From assembly GCA_044226015.1 (NCBI GenBank), contig JBGAHS010000007.1, forward strand, positions 1-64,000: a DNA stretch of 64,000 bases, written 5' to 3'. Source of the DNA: Candidatus Obscuribacteraceae bacterium. GTDB lineage: Bacteria > Cyanobacteriota > Vampirovibrionia > Obscuribacterales > Obscuribacteraceae. Below, in pieces: positions 59,294-64,000 of this stretch (the stretch's first letter is position 1; each line of letters opens with the position of its first letter). The position numbers and the translations under genes are program-made. A model generated the notes under the pieces. It was given only the letters and a program-made list of their open reading frames with translations. It searched no databases and was not told where the DNA came from.

Positions 59294-61279
59294 CTATTGA
59301 TACTCTGGCAGAGTATTAGATTGCGGATTCTCTTTCGCTTTCTGTGCGGCTTCTGCTTCTAGTTTAATGCACTCAGCAAGAGAAGTTTTGATACCAGGAA
59401 GCTTTGGACAGTTGCCACCAATCAGTTCCTGGTACACCTTCATTGCTGTCTCGTAGCTTTCTTTTGCTTCAGCAAAGGTACGCTGTGCATCATCGTAAGC
59501 TTTCTTTGAAGAAACATCTTTTCCCCATTCCATATAGAGATTGGCGAGGTCGACTCTCGCGTCAGCTACTCCGAGTGAATCTTGCCCCTGCGAGTCTTCT
59601 CTGATAGAAACTAGTTTTATTCTTGCATCTTCCGCTTCTGCAAAGTGCCTTTGCTTTTCATAGGTTTCTGCAAGCGCCTGGTACAAAATAATTAGCCCTG
59701 GGTCTGTTGGTCCAATGTATTTTTCCAACTCTTTGATGCCCGCTTTGAGTGCGGTTTCTGGACCCTTCAATACATTTTGTTGTTCAAGATTTCTCAGCTG
59801 CGATACTGGAGTGTAAGCGAGAATTTGCGCTGCTTTGAAGCGCATCACATCTTCAGGCGTGAGTCCTTTCACCTTCTGAAAAAGTTTGCGGGCCGGCGCG
59901 TAGCGCTCTTGCTCTTCGTATATCCATGCTAGCTTTTCCAGAGTGTCTAGATATTTAGGGTCTTCATCGCCATAAAGATCTTTTGCAATTTTTCCAGCTT
60001 CAAAGAAGCGCTTTTCTGCTTTTTTGAGATCGGCTCTACGATAGGCTTCCTGCGCTTCCTTACGCAAATTGACCCACTGTGTGTCTTTATCGCCCATCAT
60101 TATGACGTTCACAACAAGGGCAATTCCAAGAATTCCTGCAGCGCAGAAACCAGCTATTCGTCCCCGTCTGATCCACTTCTCGTTTTTCTTGCGCGCACGT
60201 TTTAACTGCGATTGTATACTCTGAAGTCGTGCACCAAGTGTTCGTGTGTCCTTCGCACCTTCTATCGTCATCAAAATAGCATCGCGAAGTTCTGCCATTG
60301 ATTGGAAACGTGCATCAGGCTCTTTTTCCAGCGCTCGCATTACAATTGCTTCGAGCTTCGATGGAATCTTCAGGTCTGGTCTGGCAACGCTGAATTTTGC
60401 TGGCGGCTCATTTATATGCTTGTGCATCGTCTCAAGCACATGCTCGCCTGAGAATGGTGGTCTGCCGATCAACGACTCATACATTACGCAGCCCATTGCG
60501 TAAATATCCGTGCGCTCATCCAGGGCTTTTCCGAGGAACTGCTCTGGGCTCATGTAGAGCGGGCTTCCAAACAGTTCACCAGTTTGCGTTAAGTTCTGAG
60601 ATTGCTTTCCAGAGTGTGGAAGTAATTTTGCAATACCGAAGTCAACGATCTTGACGAAGTCGGGGTCTTCTCTGTTTTGCACTACCATGATGTTACTTGG
60701 TTTCAAGTCACGGTGAATAACACCCTTGGTGTGGGCGACATGAAGCGCATCGCAGGTTTGAGCGAAGATGTGAATTGCTCGAGAGTATTCCAGTCCGTTG
60801 GAATCATCGATGGTGGCAGAAAGGCTCTTCCCTGAAAGGAAGTCCATGATTAAAAAGGGCTGCCCAGCCTCGGAAATACCAAAGTCGTAAGCCGTAATTA
60901 CGTTTGGATGGTTAATCGCGCTTGCCGCACGAGCTTCTTGTTGAAATCGTTGGATGCTTGCCTGGTCTTGAATTAAGTGCGCATGTAACATTTTGATGGC
61001 GACAGTTCTTTCCATCAAAACGTCGCGGGCTTTGTACACGCAGCCCATACCGCCTTTTCCGACAACTTCTTGAATCTGGTAAGTGTTATTGAGAAGTTCG
61101 CCTATGTACGGGTCTTTGGCCGGAGCCTGAGCTCTGAGTCGCGACGGCAGTGAATTGTCGCAGGCGCAAACAGCGTTTTCACCAACAAGCTCTAACCCAC
61201 ATTCGGCACAAGTTCTAATACTTTGCCCAAGGTTGGTATCGATTTTCTGTTCGCTCTGGGTTTGATCTAACATCTGCAC
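59294..61279 (-). CDS. Hanks-type Ser/Thr kinase with TM segment and TPR domain
   Basis: GKGGMG, VAIK, HRDLKPSN, DFG, YMSPE; TM near aa 375-395. Confidence 0.95.
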   Translation of the reverse strand: MQMLDQTQSEQKIDTNLGQSIRTCAECGLELVGENAVCACDNSLPSRLRAQAPAKDPYIGELLNNTYQIQEVVGKGGMGCVYKARDVLMERTVAIKMLHAHLIQDQASIQRFQQEARAASAINHPNVITAYDFGISEAGQPFLIMDFLSGKSLSATIDDSNGLEYSRAIHIFAQTCDALHVAHTKGVIHRDLKPSNIMVVQNREDPDFVKIVDFGIAKLLPHSGKQSQNLTQTGELFGSPLYMSPEQFLGKALDERTDIYAMGCVMYESLIGRPPFSGEHVLETMHKHINEPPAKFSVARPDLKIPSKLEAIVMRALEKEPDARFQSMAELRDAILMTIEGAKDTRTLGARLQSIQSQLKRARKKNEKWIRRGRIAGFCAAGILGIALVVNVIMMGDKDTQWVNLRKEAQEAYRRADLKKAEKRFFEAGKIAKDLYGDEDPKYLDTLEKLAWIYEEQERYAPARKLFQKVKGLTPEDVMRFKAAQILAYTPVSQLRNLEQQNVLKGPETALKAGIKELEKYIGPTDPGLIILYQALAETYEKQRHFAEAEDARIKLVSIREDSQGQDSLGVADARVDLANLYMEWGKDVSSKKAYDDAQRTFAEAKESYETAMKVYQELIGGNCPKLPGIKTSLAECIKLEAEAAQKAKENPQSNTLPEYQ

Positions 61280-61344
61280 GGCCTGAAACCAGACGTTAAC
61301 AATATTCCCATTAATCTGGCAAAGTCACCTGATCTCTCAAACCT

Positions 61345-63009
61345 TTACCAATCGGGTAATTGCCAGTATCTGACGCTTTTGTCATCAGTGCCGGTGACCA
61401 TGAAATGCCCATCGGGCGAAAATGAAACCGCCCAGACACCACTATTTATTGATTTGAATTCGCCTGAAGCATCGCCCGTTGCAAGGTTCCAGGCTCTGCA
61501 GGTTTTGTCGAGGCTGCCACTTATAGCTTTCGAGCCATCCGCTGAGAATGAAGCCTTAAGGACCCAATCGGTATGCCCCGTCATTCTTTTACTTAAGGAT
61601 TTTGAGTCGATGTCCCAGACAATTATGTTTGTATCTTTGCCAGATGTGATGGCTCTTTTGCCATCGGGAGAAAAAGCTGCTGTCAGAACAGCGTCACTGT
61701 GACCTGTCATATTCGCTATCTCTTTGCCCGCATCGAGATCCCAAACTCTGACAGTTTTGTCGTCTCCTGCTGAGATTGCCTTTTTGCCATCAGGAGAAAT
61801 TGCAATAGCTCTAACTGCTTCTTTGTGACCGTTAAGCTCGAAAACTAAAGTGCCCTGGTCGAGGTCCCAATACCTGATGGCACCATCAAAGCACCCTGAA
61901 ATGCCTCGCTTTGCATCAGAAGAAATGGCAACACAATTCACCATATTGGTGTGTCCGACCAGTTTCTTTATCTCTTTTCCGTCAGCCAATGACCATACAC
62001 GCACAGTTTTGTCGTCACCACCGGTAATGGCAGTCTTTCCTGAGACTGCGCAGGCTGTCACTACCCCATCGTGTCCCACCAATTCTTGCAATTGTTGCCC
62101 CGATGAGAGATCCCAATATCTTGCGGTCTTGTCTTCGCTTGCTGAGAGTGCATGCGTGTTATCATCGCCAAATGCTAGCGATTTCAGCCAACCGATGTGC
62201 CCATTGATACGACGAATTTCAGTCAGATCTTTCACGCTAGTTGTACTTGCTGCTGGTGTCACAGACGGTATCATTGCCGTTTGATCGCTGCCTGCTGTTT
62301 TGACCTCAGGAACGGGACTACTGCTTGAAGTTGTTCCAGTGCTTGTGCTGCTGTCTGTAGCAGGAGTAAGGGAGCCACTTCCTGTCGCCGACGCAGCTGA
62401 GCTGCCAGTTGCCGCTGAAGAATCAGTGGCGGAGGTTGCACCGGCAGTAGTACCCCTCGGATTGTCAAAGTCGTCGCCGTTTTTGGCTTCAGTTTTCTCG
62501 CCTGCTGAACCTGCAGCACTCGGAGTGCTACTTGCGGGAGTGGCTGGGGGAGCGGCTACAGCTGCTGTCTCTCCTGTGGCTGGCGGCGGGGATGCTGGAG
62601 CTGTGGTGCCGGTTGCCGTGGCAGGTGTGGTGCTGGTTGCAGCAGCAGTTGAGCTTGAACTCGCACTCGGCAACTGATTAATGCGCTGTACAATCTTATC
62701 CGCTTCGTCATTCTTATTTTGCTTTCTATAAACTTTTTCGAGCAATGAGAGGCTTTGCTTCAGCATAGATTGTCCACTTGCAAGCTTCTCTGCTTCCGAG
62801 ATTGCTTCTAAGAGATTCTTCTCTGCCCCGACATAATCGGCGTCGTTGAACATCGAGTTGCCCATGTCCTGGTAAGTTTTCCAAATAGCATTTTGTGCTT
62901 GGGCCGGAATGCTAAATGCCAGCGGCAAAAGTGATAAGGTCATTGCTAATACACAAAGTGGCTTATTCACTCGCTTTGCAAAAAGTTTGATTGACATACA
63001 TTTTTCCAA
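61345..63009 (-). CDS. Secreted TPR and WD40 beta-propeller protein
   Basis: Signal peptide, ~7 GH...WD repeats, S/T/A-rich linker. Confidence 0.92.
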   Translation of the reverse strand: MEKCMSIKLFAKRVNKPLCVLAMTLSLLPLAFSIPAQAQNAIWKTYQDMGNSMFNDADYVGAEKNLLEAISEAEKLASGQSMLKQSLSLLEKVYRKQNKNDEADKIVQRINQLPSASSSSTAAATSTTPATATGTTAPASPPPATGETAAVAAPPATPASSTPSAAGSAGEKTEAKNGDDFDNPRGTTAGATSATDSSAATGSSAASATGSGSLTPATDSSTSTGTTSSSSPVPEVKTAGSDQTAMIPSVTPAASTTSVKDLTEIRRINGHIGWLKSLAFGDDNTHALSASEDKTARYWDLSSGQQLQELVGHDGVVTACAVSGKTAITGGDDKTVRVWSLADGKEIKKLVGHTNMVNCVAISSDAKRGISGCFDGAIRYWDLDQGTLVFELNGHKEAVRAIAISPDGKKAISAGDDKTVRVWDLDAGKEIANMTGHSDAVLTAAFSPDGKRAITSGKDTNIIVWDIDSKSLSKRMTGHTDWVLKASFSADGSKAISGSLDKTCRAWNLATGDASGEFKSINSGVWAVSFSPDGHFMVTGTDDKSVRYWQLPDW

Positions 63010-63034
63010 TCGTGCTGAGATTTCAATTCAGTGT

Positions 63035-63886
63035 TTAGGGCTGCTCGTAAGAAAAGCTGATTTCTGAGCCTTCTGTGTTATACCAGGGTGTTTTGAAAAT
63101 GCCGTTTTTCATTATTTCTCCGTACACGGCAAAGATGCATTGTTCCGGACCGACATTCGCTTCTTCAAGTAAGGGCGCCGTCCACTTTCGCAGTGTCAGA
63201 ATGCGTGGTGCCGCCCCTGTTATAACCCAAATAGGATGACCCAATTTGAGGAAACTCCTTATCTTGGGCTCCCAATGTCGGTGTTGGCGAAAATTGCCGG
63301 TGTCCATTTCCAGAAGTACTCGACTGGGAAGATTGCCCCCAAGAGAAAATTGAATGGTTGCATCTGACTGCTCTTCCATAGTTTCTGGCGTGTTTGACAG
63401 CTCGCGCCAAAACTCGCGTCCCGAAGACCATTTGAGCGCATTTATCGAACCCGTCTTTTCTGCCTCTTCCAGCTTAAGTCTTATGTCCACCAGTCGCAGA
63501 AAGTGCTCTTTATGGTAAAGATGGGGCGGTCCTGTTGGAACTGATTCCCAGGAGATGCCTTTGCTTTGTTCTAAAACTTTTGCGCCAGCTGTGCTCAAAA
63601 AATAAATCAGCTCGGGTCTTCCGCGCCCTTCCATTCTGCCTGAAGTGGCAGCGCCCATATAGCCATATTGTTGAAGTCGGCGCAGCCTCTTGCGTGCTGT
63701 CTCATAACTGATGTCTGGAAAGCATAAGCTAGCAAGTTGGCTACTACTTATAGTGCGATGGTGAAAGAGTTCTTCCAGAGCAGCCAGGTCGCGCTGCATC
63801 AAGACGAGATTCTTCTTTTTGGGCTTCGGTCGAACCGAATTTTTTAGGAGCCCCTTTGGGTCGATGCTTAGCGCCGTTTCGTCCAT
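63035..63886 (-). CDS. Replication-relaxation (Replic_Relax)-family protein
   Basis: RD..L..L..HR..SSSQL..ARKRLRRL wHTH, YFLS..G, H..H, SDA...LEMDTG nuclease-like motif. Confidence 0.75.
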   Translation of the reverse strand: MDETALSIDPKGLLKNSVRPKPKKKNLVLMQRDLAALEELFHHRTISSSQLASLCFPDISYETARKRLRRLQQYGYMGAATSGRMEGRGRPELIYFLSTAGAKVLEQSKGISWESVPTGPPHLYHKEHFLRLVDIRLKLEEAEKTGSINALKWSSGREFWRELSNTPETMEEQSDATIQFSLGGNLPSRVLLEMDTGNFRQHRHWEPKIRSFLKLGHPIWVITGAAPRILTLRKWTAPLLEEANVGPEQCIFAVYGEIMKNGIFKTPWYNTEGSEISFSYEQP

Positions 63887-64000
63887 CGCAAGTGTCCTGC
63901 AGGTACTCCGTTAATGTACCCCGAAATTCACCCTTTCACGTTCGTTTTTTCGAACGCTTTATATTTCAGCTAAGCTTTGAAAAAGAAACGAGACAGCTTT

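Noticed and set aside
1..64000. Prophage, IS or integrative element at either tRNA
   Set aside because: No integrase, transposase or phage structural genes, and no duplicated tRNA 3' ends seen.

Overview
Bacterial chromosomal window. The gene content points to a non-photosynthetic cyanobacterial relative (Vampirovibrionia/Melainabacteria, Obscuribacterales-like); this is inferred from the cyanobacterial-type adenosine deaminase, c6-like cytochrome, TPR-kinase and WD40 proteins, not from a database search. Most of it is housekeeping: pruA, thyA-folA, aat, tlyA, miaA, sppA, tonB-exbB-exbD-aroE, ftsEX, efp-accB-accC, ltaE and two tRNAs. Highlights: (1) a DUF692/MNIO RiPP-type operon with a secreted precursor carrying six EKSCK repeats, a DUF2063-like partner and a tightly coupled YceI gene, plus a second, different (SKCG/GSCG) precursor 1.4 kb upstream and a palindromic candidate operator; (2) a 1185-aa fusion of a RelE-like domain, an SF1 helicase and an alpha-solenoid, a candidate defence protein; (3) a disordered membrane-anchored protein with ten L[H/R]SPLL motifs; (4) a hairpin motif (GATCG-RTAC-CGRTTGG) reused in four different intergenic repeat arrays within the first 11 kb; (5) a probable 6S RNA that the ORF track overlaps, and an atypical tRNA-Ser; (6) a 2361-bp tandem duplication of pruA whose second copy has homopolymer-type indels and is probably an assembly artefact. 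All family assignments come from reading motifs by eye.
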